NCBI RefSeq assembly: GCF_038025025.1
Contig: NW_027117344.1
Span: 1,736,001 to 1,800,000 of the forward strand
Direction of reading: 5' to 3'
Source: Phyllosticta citribraziliensis
Taxonomy: Eukaryota
Length of the DNA: 64,000 bases
Below are positions 11,668 to 25,434 of the stretch, one piece after another. The notes under the pieces were generated by a model, which did no database searches, was not told where the DNA came from, and saw only the letters and a program-made list of their open reading frames with translations. The position numbers and the translations under genes were made by a program. Positions within the stretch are counted from its first letter, which is position 1; every line of letters begins with the position of its first letter.

Positions 11668-14600
11668 TTGGCTCCATCTCAAACCCTCGCGTCAATCTGC
11701 TATCCGACGTGCGACAATCGATGAAGGAAACGCCTTGCTGCCTTGGAATGACGCACTGGACTGTATCTTCGAGGGAACTTCTTCCCGCTATGCGCCTTAG
11801 CCGCAGGCATCCGCCTGGGCGATTGTTCCCGGTGCCCGCCAGGGCGGATGGAAACGCACGCGCACGCGTCAATCGCGGTTGAATGATGGGCTGATGCGAG
11901 TGTTTGCTGCCGAGTCAATTAGGCGAAGGTGGCTGGAGACAAAACGCTTGGTTGGGCCAGGCACACGCGCAAGCCGGTCAGGGAGGTGGCCTGCCTCGTC
12001 GCGATGATGTGAGGTCCTGAGCAGGGGTTTCAGGCCTTCCAGAGGACTTCTCTCCTTCTTCGCGCGGCACGGGACGCGCTTGGGGCGTGCAAGGTGCGGT
12101 TTAGACTCGGCTCGACAACCATCAAGGCAGCATGGCCCAAAGTATGCGAAATACGACGCGTTCTCCCAAGACATACAAGAATACGAGGCGAATGAAAGAG
12201 AATTGGGTCGCTCGCGTGAAGAAATGGGAATGCTTAGCCACTACGTCACGCTTGGTCGATGAGATGGCACCAAGACGCGCCTCAGCAGCATCCACTGACG
12301 GCATCTGACAAGAGTCCCTCAACTCGGCGGAGGAATGTCCCGGCTCTACCCTTGACCCGGCATCAGCGTGGGAAGCCTTCACATCAACGGCCACCAACCT
12401 TGCAATCACCATGGCCCCTCCGACTGCCCGAAATTCAAACGGGGAATGAAATTGAAAAAGCGCGCAGATCACGAGGGAGATGTCCGTCCAGGATGGCTGC
12501 CCTCGGCGTGCAGACTTGGCTGGCGGGTTTTGCCTAGCTTCCCGCGTGGCTGTAGGGGAGCTCCCTTCAACGAGTGATGGACGTCTGGGGAGGGGGCGGC
12601 GGGGTTGAAGGAACAAGCTCGTCCCAGGCGCTTGGGTTGTCAATTTGCGCTGCAAGATCGAGAGAGCGCTTCGACGTCTTGTTGCTGCGCGAAGGTCGAG
12701 GAGTGGTGCTGGGCGACGGCGATCAACCAAGACCTCGCCCGCCTCCAGTGCGGAGATTGGATGGCTCTGGCCAAATTGGCCATGTGGCTCGTGACGGGAA
12801 ATGATGACCTGCCTGGTTTTACCATCCCCTCTCCTCGCGGAACAAAGTACATCCTAATCTTGGCACTCGGCAATGACGATGTGCTCCGTGGGGGAGCCGT
12901 GGTTGCGTTTGCGGACATTGAACTTGGTTGCGGCCAAATATCACGGAGATTTTGCCAATTCAGAAGCGACAGCTGTCATCCTGAATGCAGCAACATGAAG
13001 GGCATGCATATCGAGCCGTCGACACACATGTCAAGCCGCAATCCCTGCAGGAGGCAAGCCTCAGCAAGATCCTTGAGAGGCGGGATATCAACCACTGCAG
13101 CGGGCCAGCTCTGAACGCAGAAGCTACGCAGAAGCTGTTGGTGGTGAGCGTGACGAAACATCGGTGGTTGATAGTCAAGATCCCATCGGAAAGTCTTGAG
13201 TGCTTGTGGAAATTCACGCACACCTCGTGCCTCCTTTTGAGAGGATGAAGAGCCGTCACCACGAGGCCACCTCTTTGTTCGGGAGACTTAGTGAACTTTG
13301 TCGTCTTCCCGTGTTGCAATGAGAGATCAAATCCCCAAGCCTCTCTGCGACAATCTGCGCGCAGGAGAAGAGAGGACAAGGCAGAATGATGCACAAGGAA
13401 AGTAGCCCAAGTACCTGTTGCCAGCATATGTAGATCACCACAGTAGAAGACCGACCTTGCCAGGCGGGATCGGTTCGAATGGCCCGAGTATCACTGTTTT
13501 GCTGTAACGCATGATCGAACCGAAACATGTTCTCAACCTGATGGCAGGAGTGACCATGATGGCTCTGATTGACGATGAGATAGAGTTTCGGATGATGGAC
13601 AGATCAGGGCGGCTTCCCTCATGCGTGGTGTGCCTATATCGGAAGGTGTTGAGTAATTTCTGGAGCGTAAAGCATGCCGAGTGGACCGGCCGACAAAAGA
13701 TCAGTCGTCCGGTCAGGCAAGGGCATCGGTTCAAAGCCCCTTTCGGCAAAGACCATTATGACGTCTCGTACAGGCCCATCACCGCGCTATCGTTTGTGCG
13801 GTGGGGTGAAGGACGAGGGGCATCAGAAAAAACCTCAGAGGGGACGCTGCAGCGGCATGCGGCACAGGATGAGCATGATTTGCCGCGCGCGCTGGCCTTC
13901 TCTTCGCTTTGCTCTGACTGTTGGGGGAGCTATGCGTTCTCGGACCCGGGAGAATCGCCGGAAAATCACGCCGATGGATGGGGCGCTCCGCGACGCAAAT
14001 CCTCATCTTTTGTGGTCCCCGGCGCCGGCGTCCCGGTTGACAGCATGAGGTTACTGAGAACGATGGCCAATCTTCGCTTCCTCGAACATGACAGCAGAAA
14101 ATTGTTCATGGGGCAGGGGGATGGCCGCGAGGGAGTGTCATTGGGATGCCACTGACATGTTGGATGCTGCATACGATAATAGGCCGAATACGTTGTCGAA
14201 AGGGCAGGTGGTTGACAACTCAGAGGCCGGGTGCACAAGGGTTGCGGCTGAAAAAACACGCCGTTGGAGCATGGACTGCGCTTAGCATTAGCAAAACGGG
14301 ATAGGCTGAGGGGTGAGACGTTCACCGCATGTCTTGCTTCAGAGGCCCTTTGAGAGGGCAGATTCGCGAGCTGAGCACTTGCTGACTCGAGCCATCCGAG
14401 GACAGACTGGGGGCCAGCCGGTTGTCAAATCGAAGATCGCCTCTGGCATTCAAGGGTCATCCACCACGTGCCATCTCTGTGCACTGAGCGCACGGCACAT
14501 TGCGTAGCGACACGAAAGACGGTGAAGAGACGGCTCGTTCGACAAAGGTGCATCTCGCTCGCTGCACGAGAGGGGCGCATCGCTTGCAGTCGACAAGAGA

Positions 14601-17600
14601 GGATGAAACGCTACAGCCGTAGTGACGGCCTGACTGAAATCCCAGGCGGGCTTGCCGCGTGGAGGGGGGGTAAACATGGACGGGAGATGGTCATAATAGG
14701 GATGACATTATGTAGCGATGTTCGATGATCGATGGGACCGAGTCGCCTCTGGGCGCTCGCTGCGCCTGTCGCGGTCGACATTCCAGATGGGTGTTGATGG
14801 ACACCGAGGAGGGATAAAGCCAGCAGGAAGGCTGTCCAAAAGGGGGGCCGCTCGAGTCCACCTGGTGCATGGATCATGGCGTTTTGTTGCTTGTACTCGT
14901 TGTAGGGGTATTGCACAGCACATACCTATCGTTAGACGCATGCATGGGCTGTCATCGGATGCAGTTGCAGCACAGCCCGGTTTCATGGGCCGAGGCTCGT
15001 CAGTCGCGAGTAGTAAGGTGTGAGAGCAATCGGTCGTGGTTCTCGGGGAAGCATACCAACTCTCCTAGTGGACATACTGGGAGCGTTCCCAAGTCTCCAT
15101 GATCAACAGCACCAGGCTCTATTCGGAGATGACGACTCATTCTTTGTTGTGTCTGGTGCAGATCATTACGCAAGGTGTTGCAGGCGGCTGGGGATTTTCC
15201 GGAGGTGCAACTTCAGCCCTGGCGACGTCGCTTTTCAGGCGAGGGAGCGGCCCGATAGCATGAGCCAGGAAATCTGAGCGTGGCCCTCCCAACAGTCTGC
15301 ACGACCTCCGGAGAGACGACTTCGTCGTCAACCTGCTTGGCCCGGGTGCAGACCTCTGTACATCAACGGACGTGGTTCAAACGAACGGGGTATGAGGAAA
15401 CCAGCAGTGTCTTTGCTGCCGCGGGCTGCCAACTGCCAGCGCTGAACATGAGAAGAAGTACAGCGCTTGTTGCTTTCATTTGCTCGGCTCGCCTTGCGGA
15501 CACACGCCCGGGAGGGCAAGGGGATTTTTCTGAGTGAGCCAATGAGATGCAGGACGTGCTCAGGGGGGAGAAAATCATGAGCAAGATGAGGTATGATCTC
15601 AGCGAGGGATTCGCGCAACCCCAGGACACGCAGTGCGTCGCTAGATGGGAATGGTGTAGCCTCCGTCATTGAAATGATGCGAGGTCGGGCACAGGTCGTT
15701 CGGAAAGCAAGACGACTGGTCGTTTGGATGTGATCGGTTTTTCCCACTGCCTTGCAGCGTTAACACGCGGCGGGCATGCCCAACACGTCGCTGTCGACTC
15801 CACATCGCGTCGGGAGAAGATCGACTGCGGCTGCCCTCGGATACTACCGTGCCACAGTCGTAGTAAAATTCAACGTCAAGTGATCTGACACGGGCACGCA
15901 GGGCGACACTGGGCCGAATCAGGAGGAGCGCCAGCCATTTGGGGAAAATGCCCAAATTGGGGGACGACCTGTGTTTGAAGAACGACGGGCTCTTGATCAA
16001 GCCCTTGCGACTGGCACTCAGAGACGACACAAGACGATGGCAGGCCTTCTCTTCCCATGGTGTCAGGGATGTCCGCTGTGCCGCTCGAGGCCGCGTCTGG
16101 CGGGCTGACGAAAGGATCTACGACAGCCGCGACCTGGCAAATTTGCGAGCGCGCGGCTCATTGGCTTGAAAAGGAAGAAACCCCATGTGCGGATTACAGC
16201 AGGTCGTCTTGGCTGCCCAGCGTTCAGGATACAGTTATCCGATAATCAACCCATTTTCGACCACCCATGTTAAGCGACTGGTTCGAAACAGCACTCTAGC
16301 TCTGGGCAGACGGCTGCAGGGTGAGGACTGGTCGGTAGAGTAGCACACGCATGATGGCACATGGGTAACTCGGCTTGGATCTAGGGGTAATCGTCGAGGG
16401 TTCGGTCCACCAAGGGTGATCCATTGGGCCATGCGCATGCCGGCATTGTGCGGCAAGCACTGAGCGTTCAGAAGCTTCAACGACGAGGAGATGTGAGCTG
16501 GTCTTGGCTCATATTTCGATGTACGCGATTGCCGCCAGTCGAGCAAGCAAACTGGGACATGATCGCTTTCGAACAAGTGGTCCGGTCGACGATGAAACAA
16601 AAATCCTAAAACCGCGGGAGGAAATGAAACCACCAAGCAAACGACGGCGAATCCACGTTGCGAAGGGTCTTTTTGGGGGCGTCGCTAGTCGGCAGCTCGC
16701 CAGAGGGTCTCGTTCACCGCTTCTGCTCCAGCGGGACACCACAGAAGGCGCAGCATGGTCACGGGAGACACGATCTGACAGGTTGCTCGTGGACAAAGGA
16801 GCTGGTCGCTGGCGTACATGGCACCGACTCAGTTAGGGCCGACTGCAGAGTGAAATGTGTCAATATCACGGCCGTGAGAAGACAGGCCTAGTCCTAGACG
16901 AATCTCCCAGGTTTTGTGCGCGACCATCCCGTGTTGTGCAGATCAGCCGACAAAGTGCCCCTGATCCCGAGCCGTTGCTTCGGGGGTGCGAGCGGGACAC
17001 GGGACAAGGCATCCTGTGCACCACACTGCAGTGTTTCGCTGAGCGAAGCTCCAAGATCAGAGCTAGCGACCGCTGCTTCCCGCGGACGGCAGCCATCTTG
17101 ATGAAGCGTCATCTCAGCTGCACATGGCATGTCGAGCCCTGCCGTGTCGGCACGGCGAAGAAGAAGTGGATGGCGAAGGCCTGACCCTTTTTCCCACGCC
17201 TTGCGAGCGCCAAGAAAGCGAGTGACAGCGAGCGGCATGGGCCCTGGAGGGCGATTCCTTGACGGCGATCGGCCACGCCGACCATGGAACCCTCTTCAGA
17301 GCAACAGGCGAAGCTTTCGAAGGTAGAGCAGAGCTTGAGCAAACGAGCAGATTGACGGAGAAGTGCAGAGCGCAATGGATCGAGCCGCGGAGGGAGCCGA
17401 TGCAGAGACGAGAAGCGTCGCTGCGACAAACCTAAGGCTGTAGGGGCGGGCAGGTGCTCGGCGCAAAGGCGGCCGGTGGATAGGAGAGGGTCGTCAGGTC
17501 GTCACTACTCAGCAGGCGACGGCTTGGCTCAGAGACATCTGACGAGTCGAGGGACAAATGAGAGATGATGCAGAGGCCGGGAGGCCTGATCGGAGACGTT

Positions 17601-18613
17601 GGATGGGCGGAGGGTGAGCAGCGGGCGGCTTGGTCGTGGACAGGCGCAGGCGGGCAAGGGCCAGAGAAAGAGAGAGAAGTGATGGTGATGAGATGCGACC
17701 GAGGATGGGTGGATGGGTGGATGGATGGATGGATGCAGACACAGCAGAGGGGTGGGGGTGAGGGTCAGAGTCAGAGTCAGGGAAGGGTGCACCAAAGTTT
17801 CTCGAAGGCTTCGCCAAGTCTTCGCTGGAGCTTCGACGGATCTGTCGATCGTCGCGCTCAACGACTGCGGTGGACATGGCCGGCACGCATCAAAAACAAG
17901 CTGCCAATTTCCATTCCCGACCGACTGGCTCGCAGTGCATGTACGGTAGGGTAGGCTGGGTTGCGTTGGCTGGCTGCACGACGACATCCCGGCTCCATGT
18001 GCCGCTCGCGCCCGCCACGCCGGACGTGCGACTGTCAGACGGAGGGAGCTGAGAGGGATGGTCGAGGTCGAGAGCTGGTGCTGGTGCTGGTGCTGTAGGG
18101 ACGATGGAACTGGTGGTCCCCAGCCAGTCCCTTGCATCACCGACCCGAGTTCAGTTGCAAGTCATTCCTCTCCAGCTGACGAAGAATTTACCCGCCAGGC
18201 CAGTCGAAGCGATCTGCAGTGCGTCAAGGGCCGGTCCTGGGACTGCACGCCTCACTCCCCGAACGGTTCGATAGCCGGCGCAATATAGATGGGCGCCCAG
18301 GGTCGGCCGTCGACGTCCATGTGGATCCCCGCCTGGCCTGCTCGAGTCGCAATCTGCATTGCCGTTGGGTTGTGAAGACGACTCCAGATAATAACGGCCC
18401 GCCTCGTCAACGGTGGATCCCACCACGCTCCCTTGTCCTCAGACCCACCCCACCCTGTCGCCAACGTCCCAAGCTACTTGAATGCCCGCCCTGGCCCAAG
18501 CCCATGCCCCAAGCCGCTCAGCCAGCCCTCTCTCTCTTCATAAACCTCGATTCCTTCTCCCCCCCCCCCCCCCCCCTCCAGATCTCTCGTTCCCCATCGC
18601 CCGCTGTTGAGCG

Positions 18614-19919
18614 ATGCAATTGTCGACCATGGTCCACACCACAGGGAGGGACAGCCGTCTCGACGCCCAAGACTTTTACCAGAGGCAGCAACCCCAACAT
18701 CATTCCTACTACCGCCAGGACGACTACGTCCATCAGGTCTATCCCCCGCAGCACCATCACCACTTCAAGCATCAAGTCTACCCGGGCGCGCCTCAGTCGC
18801 CTCCCTCTCCCCCCGTTGAGGAGCCCGCAAACAAGCCCTCTTTGCCCTCGATATCGAGCCTGCTGGGTATCGCCGACGGCGACCAGCATTCGACCCAAGA
18901 TTCTGGTGAGTGGTCAATGCCGCCATGTCGCCATCTGGTCGCCACTCCACCACACCGCATAAAACTAACATGCTCTCCTAGGTGCTCCCTCGCAACAAGC
19001 TTCCCCGAGCCAGCAGCAGTCGCAGCAGTCGCAGCAGCCTCAACAGCCGCAGCCGCAGCACCAGCAGCACCAGCAGCCTCCACCGCAGCAGCAGCACCAG
19101 CACCACCACCAACCTGTGCAGCAGCCTCAACAGCCGCCGCCGCAACACCTTCTACACCAGGCCCAGCGGCCGCCTCAACCTGAGACTCGCCCCGACCAGG
19201 CTCAGCCAGCGTACGGCCCTACGATCGTGAGCCACCCCAGAATGACTTTGCCGCCAACGCCTCCCATGCGGCCGGACTCCGTCATTGACGGGAACCAGTC
19301 TCCTTCGACGTCCTCGCAATCCTCTATCCCTCAGCAGACCCCATACTACTTGGGTCAGTCGATCAACAACATGGAGCCGCACCAGCAGCGCCAGCCGATT
19401 CCCACGACGGCCAGCATGGCTCAGCACCGTTCGTCGCTTCCTCCTCAGCACCCCGCCTCTCCCTACGCCACGTCTCCCTACGCCACCTCGCCTTACGCAT
19501 CATCTCCCGGCGCAGCTCCGGTAGGCTCCTTTGCATACCCTCCGGAGCAGGCCATGTACGCTTCTCCCGCAGTCTATGGTCAACGACCTTTGCCCTCCAA
19601 CTTTCCTCCTCCGCCTGTGCCTGTTTCGGTGCCAGTCTCGACGCCTGGCAACCCGAACCCGTGGCAGCATCACCACTACATTGGCGCATCTAGCACGGCG
19701 GCCTTTCCGCAGCCCCAGGACCGCTACATTTGCCAGACTTGCAACAAGGCCTTTTCCCGGCCGAGCAGTCTTCGCATCCACAGCCACAGCCACACTGGCG
19801 AGAAGCCCTTCAAGTGCCCCCACCCCAACTGCGGCAAGGCCTTTAGCGTGCGCAGCAATATGAAGCGCCACGAGCGTGGCTGCCACGCTACCGCTAGTCC
19901 GTCCACCCACGGCTCATGA
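18614..19919 (+). CDS. mtfA: C2H2 zinc-finger transcription factor, MtfA family; exons 18614 (or 18629)-18905, 18982-19919
   Basis: MtfA-type motifs SPPVEE...SLPSISSLL, LPPTPPMRP, PWQHHHY, and fingers DRYICQTCNKAFSRPSSLRIHSHSHTGEKPFKCPHPNCGKAFSVRSNMKRHERGCH. Intron 18906-18981 (GTGAGT...ACTAAC...CTAG) joins the frames. Q/P-rich middle. Confidence 0.88.
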
Positions 19920-22900
19920 TGAACGACCATGGCTCGACGCGTCTGGAAGAGGCTTTGCCACGTATGCGCCTTGACATGAAAGGCAATTGTGCAAAATGCA
20001 ACATGCTCACGGTGGGCAAGATTTGAGCTCGGCTCCAAGATGGCTGCGCCTCAAACTTGGTGACGTGGGCATCCATGTCAAGGTCGCTCGGTGCGAGATC
20101 GGCACAACGGGCGGCAGGAAACCACCCAAAAAAAACAAAAAAAAAAAACAACCAAAACCAACAGGCTATCAGCGCAAGCTGAAGCCGAACTGGGCTCGAC
20201 GGGGTGGCGAGACGCCCCATTCGCCCAGAATGTAACGGCCGCTCGACTGATCATTCTTCATCTCCGTTCTATACCACTTGCATTTGGCAAACTGGCGTTT
20301 CAATCGTTTTTTCTGACATGGCGTTCCAGCAGAAGTCTACTTGGTCACTTGTTATTCAGCTGTATTTGCTCTACCTATTGCATGGGGGGTGGCGTCTGGC
20401 GAGGAGAGGGAGGGGAAGGATGTGCGCTCGCTTTTTTGTTTCTTGTCGACAAACATTTGGGGACGAGACGAGACCCGGAAAAGGGACAATGTCACCAAGC
20501 CGAGAAAGGGAATCCGGTCGGGGAAAGAGTGGAAAATCAAGGAGTAGGGTGGGTTTTGAACAGGATGGCCACGGTTGATCAGCATGGCAAGCTTGTTGTA
20601 GTATAGGTCGACGACCACGTTGGTAGCTGGTCGAATCAATGACAACAGATCAACTGTCACGGGCGGCGAAGATGCAAGCAGAGCGTTGAAAGGCGGCCGT
20701 GGAAGCGAAGGCCCTCGTTGATGGAGAAAAGGTCAGGGTGGGAGAGGCCTCACCGCCCCGTGGAGAGGGGCAAAGGCATGACGAATGATTTGCGCGCGAT
20801 CACCGGCGCCTGCAGGTGCATTGAGCATTGAGCATTACCCTCCCCACTCTGCCTCAACAAGCTATGTACGGTACCGGATGCAGGGCAGGCCAGACATCGG
20901 GAGGGCGCCGAGAGACCCGACTTGGCAGGAACCTGAAGCTAAAGCTGAAGCTGAAGCTGAACCTAAATGAGCGAATGATGGGCTTTGCGATGTGCCAGTG
21001 CATCAGTCGAAGTCGAGCGTGTAGAGTGGAGAGTAGAGTTTGGGAGCAGCGACAGCAAATCAGAAAAAAATCTTGCACACGATCGACGAGAGGCGGCTTC
21101 GGGAACGACTCGGCTGACGGGAGCACTACCTTGCCCCCCTCACCCCCGGCCCCTGGTGACGTCGCATCGTGAACACCTCCCATGACCCTTGACCAGCAAC
21201 CGAAGCGGTGAAGCCGAAAGAAGACGAGTCGCGCCGGTCAACCAATGCCCTTGTCGCCATTCAATCCCACCTCCGCTCTCCACCACGACGACTCCATCGT
21301 GACCCCTCTGCTGCTCCTCTTCTCCAGCTGAACTGCACATCCCCCTCTCCTGCGCCGCCGACTGTCGCAAGTGCTGCTCGCCAGCCCAGCCGGTACCCTA
21401 CCGGTCGCGCAGATTGACACTCAACCTTCGTCCACTCGTCCAGAGTGACCAACTTTTCTTCGTTGTCCTCGAACTAATTTGGTCGCATCGCCGGCCGGCC
21501 GGCCAGCCAGCCGCACCCGCCAAAAAAGCAATCATCAGAATTATCAAATCGCGTGTGTACTGTCCTCGCCGTACTGATCGACCGGGCAAGCCCTCAGTGA
21601 CAGTCACATCAGGACCCATCATCTCCGTAGGTCACATCACTTTGTTGCCCACGGCTCCATCAGCGGGCACCTCAACTCTGTCAGGTACGTGGCTCCGCTC
21701 GATTGATTGTCGCCGTCGCATCGTCCGCTCTCTTTCTCTCTCTGCTGCAGCTCAGCCAGTCCGCCAACGGCTTCCTTCCTGTTTCTCCTTCCTTTTTGTC
21801 AATCCCATGTCTCTCCTCCCTTTCTCTCTCTCCCCCTCTACATTTTTGTTTTTGCCGGACCTGATCAGACGAAGCTGCATGTGCGTGCAGGTCGTTGGTG
21901 TTTTGTACTACGACACCACGCTTCCTTCGTTCCTGCCAGGCAAGCAAAAGCAAGCCTACTCCGGACGCCACCGCCGCGTGGAGGAGAGGAGAAACGCCCA
22001 TGCCGGCGCATCATCCGAGCGCACGAAAATCTTGACGCAAGGCTTCCGGCCATCGGCGCCGGCAGAACCGCCCGTTTGGCGCCGCTTGGTCGCTGTCTTT
22101 GAGATTGATTGAGTTTCGAAACAGATGGGGAAAATGCATGACGACGACGATATCACCATTCTTGCAATGCTTGGCCGATTGAGGAACTTACTGATTACCG
22201 GCGCTGAGCAGTAGTGCAAACAACAAAAACTTGAAGTGGTACTACTCCAGCGTGAACGTACCACAAGCACACTCCTGCCTTAGCGAGCGGAAGCCATTCA
22301 CGAAGCCGCGTCTATGTACGGGAGGAACACGCGCGGTCCCTCGCGCTGTTTCACGCCATCCACGCCATCTGCGGAGGCTAGAACACTGGCCGCCTGTCTG
22401 TTTGTTCATCCGCATGTTCATCTCCCGCCGCCGTCGCCGCCGTCGCCTCGTCGGCTAACTAGATGAGCGACTAACCACAGAGGGCAAGTGAGGGATGCGC
22501 TGACAAGCTGGGTGGACCATGTCAAGAGACATGTCAAGAACGACGTCAAATGGTCTACCGCGCGCCAGGGAGAAAGAAGTCTGCATTTCGCTGTCACGAT
22601 TTCTTTTCCCTTCTTTCGATGTCTCCAGCAATTGATTTCTTCCTCCTTCAGTCTGGTCTTGCACATGGTCCAGATCATTTTCTTCCCTGTTCGGTCGAAA
22701 ACTGGGCACTTCAGCCTCCCCTCACTTCCCATCTACTTGTTGGAGCTACGGGTTCCCATCCATGTAGACGCGCGCTTTGCAGGCACAACGTCCGTGCGTG
22801 CAGCGATCCACCTACCGGCCGGGTGGCGCGCGGGCTCACTCAATCAGGACGAAGATGCAGCTAAGCTTACGGCCAAGTCCAATGGGTCATGGGGAGTCGC

Positions 22901-23199
22901 CTCGCGGAGCCTGTCTGTCCCAACGTTTGGCTCATACACACACTGATCCGCAGCGCTGAATTAAGCGAAAGAGGGCGAGCCAGGAAAGTCGAGGCAGTGT
23001 AAACCGGAACTTGGAGGTCTCTCGTCGCACAGTACAAGCGAGACGTGGACGTCGCACGTCGCCTGCTGGGCTGCTAACCGCATAAGCCTCTTCCTCCTTC
23101 TCCAGCAAAAGAACATTGAGTGTGACGATGCCGATTGGTTTGAGACGAGGGCGATGTGTGTGCAACAAGAAGAAGACAGGCCCGGACAGACTGCGCGAG

Positions 23200-25000
23200 T
23201 TGAGCTGAGATGAGATGGAATGAGATTGCTCGGGTACAAGCATACATGCATATACACACACACACCACTCACTCATACATGATACATCCAGGCATCACAT
23301 CACATCGTCATCGTCGTCATCATCATCATCATCATCAAACCGTATCTTACATGGTGCATACATACAGGGTACTAGCCAGCAGCGTCGCTTGCTTCCAGTT
23401 ACGCTACTTGCCTACCCCATATCTCCCACACTCCCCCTTCCGTGTCTGCGCCCCGGGGGTTGGCAAGAGAGTGAGCCTCCCCGGTACTTATTTGACCAAC
23501 CAACAACATGCATGTGCCCACACACACTTGTAGTTACGCACTGTAGTCTCCGCGTGAGAGCGCGCAGCTACCCGCCTCCAGCCAGCCAGCCAGCCAGCCA
23601 GCCATCCAGCCATCCAGGCCGCCATCCAACCACGCACCCCTTACCGCAGAGAAAAGGCAAAAGGGCGCCCATGGCTGCAATGCGCGCGCGCCTTCGCGTG
23701 TACATGCGTCCGACACATGTACGCATGCACGCATACTTACATACTCAGCATGGAGCGGATGTACGTCGCGGCAGTATGTAGCAGCAGCGGACACATCAGG
23801 CGGAGGATGGATGGACGCACGCCGTTGTCTGCATCAAACGCCTATATATGACGTGTGTACCCGTCCCGTCTGTCCTGCCTCGTCTCGTCTCGTCTCGTCG
23901 CTGTGCATCAGATGCTGGCTGGTTGGTTGGTTGCTCGGTTAGATGCACGCAGCCAGCACAGCCAGCCCTAGCCCGGCCCAGCCCGCTGGCTAGGTAGGCG
24001 CCGCCTCTCTCTCTCTCTCTCTCTCTCTTTCTTCCAGCTGCTGCCGCTTATGTTCGTGTGGGACTCATGATCTGAGGCGCCCCCCGTTTTGCTTGCTTGT
24101 TCTCAGACCGTTGGGTGCGTGTGGTCTGAGCGGTGAGATGGCGTCATGGCAATTTTGGGAGCAATGAATGGATGATGGAAGGATGGATGGATGGATCGGG
24201 AAGCAAGAGGAGAAGAGGTGGGAGAACAAGGAAGAGCTGGAGACGGGGGCCTGGGAGAGGGAAAATAGGAACAAGTCAAGAGCTACAACATTCCCACCAC
24301 CTCCCCTTCCTCCTATCCACCACTAACCAGGAACCTGGCTCTGATTTGTCTCGAAACCAACCAGGCCGCGATCCCCAGAACTACACAAACCACACCACCA
24401 TCACCCCCCACAACCGCCCCAGTCCACCATCCTACACGGCACTTACTTCCTACAAGCAGATACAAGCACAAGCAAGCAAGCAAGCTGGCACGCATCATCA
24501 TCACCATCATCATCAGCTTGCGCCGTACATTATTATTATTATTATTATTTTTTCAGCTCGGCTCGGCTCAGCACAACCATCCATGCACATACATACATTG
24601 CCCACATACCTAGCCTACACACCCACACACTTCCCTCCCTCCCTAACTACTCGGTCGTTGAAACTCACATGAGCAGGCGAGGACGTGACATGCCTGCCAC
24701 CAACTCCTGCCTACTCTACTCCTAGTCTCCCACCCATGGATCCAGCCGTCGCACACACAGAATCCCTTACACCGTACCGTGCCATGGTACTGTGTCACTT
24801 ACCCGCCACGCACCCACGCACCCACGCACGCATGCATGCATGCACGCATCAAACGAGGCGGCGGCGGCGGCGGCAGACCCACCTACCCACCCACGCACCC
24901 ATTTACCATGTGCGCAGGCAGCAACTAAGCGACCGACGGACGGACGGACGGACTGACTGATTGACTGACTGGCTGGCTGGCTGGCTGCAGGCACGCACGC
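23200..25000. repeat. Dense microsatellite field: (CA)n, (CAT/CGT)n, (CCAG/CCAT)n, (CGTCT)n, (CT)n, (ATT)n, (GCG)n and compound GACG/GACT/GGCT tetramers
   Basis: Many short tandem repeats seen directly, e.g. ~23303-23335, ~23578-23615, ~24005-24027, ~24530-24548, ~24931-24987. Boundaries approximate. Confidence 0.85.
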
Positions 25001-25434
25001 ATGTGAGTGATTAGGCACTGGGACGGGCATGCTGGGTCCTTGCTTTCTTGCTGTCTGCTGTCGCTGTTGCTGTGGCTATTGCTCGATTACGTCGGGATGG
25101 GTTGGTGGAAAGGCGGGCAACGTCCGGAAGGTAGGTGGTGGAGGGTCTGGGAGGGAGGATGAAGTCTGGAACGGCACAGCGGTATTGAAGGGGCCGTGGA
25201 GAGAGAATGAAACAAGAAACATCCGGAGGGAAGCCATCACACCTTGTGAGAACAGTCAAATGGCACATCTGATGGAGGCGCGGCCGAGCGTAGTTCCACC
25301 TGAGAAACAAACAAAATCCAGGTGCGTCAGGGAGTCGAGAACACAATTGATCCATCACCAAAGTCTGGAAAGGGAACAATCGCAATGCATGGAACAAAAG
25401 ACATGCTCGTGATATTGACTCAAAATGCATCTTC

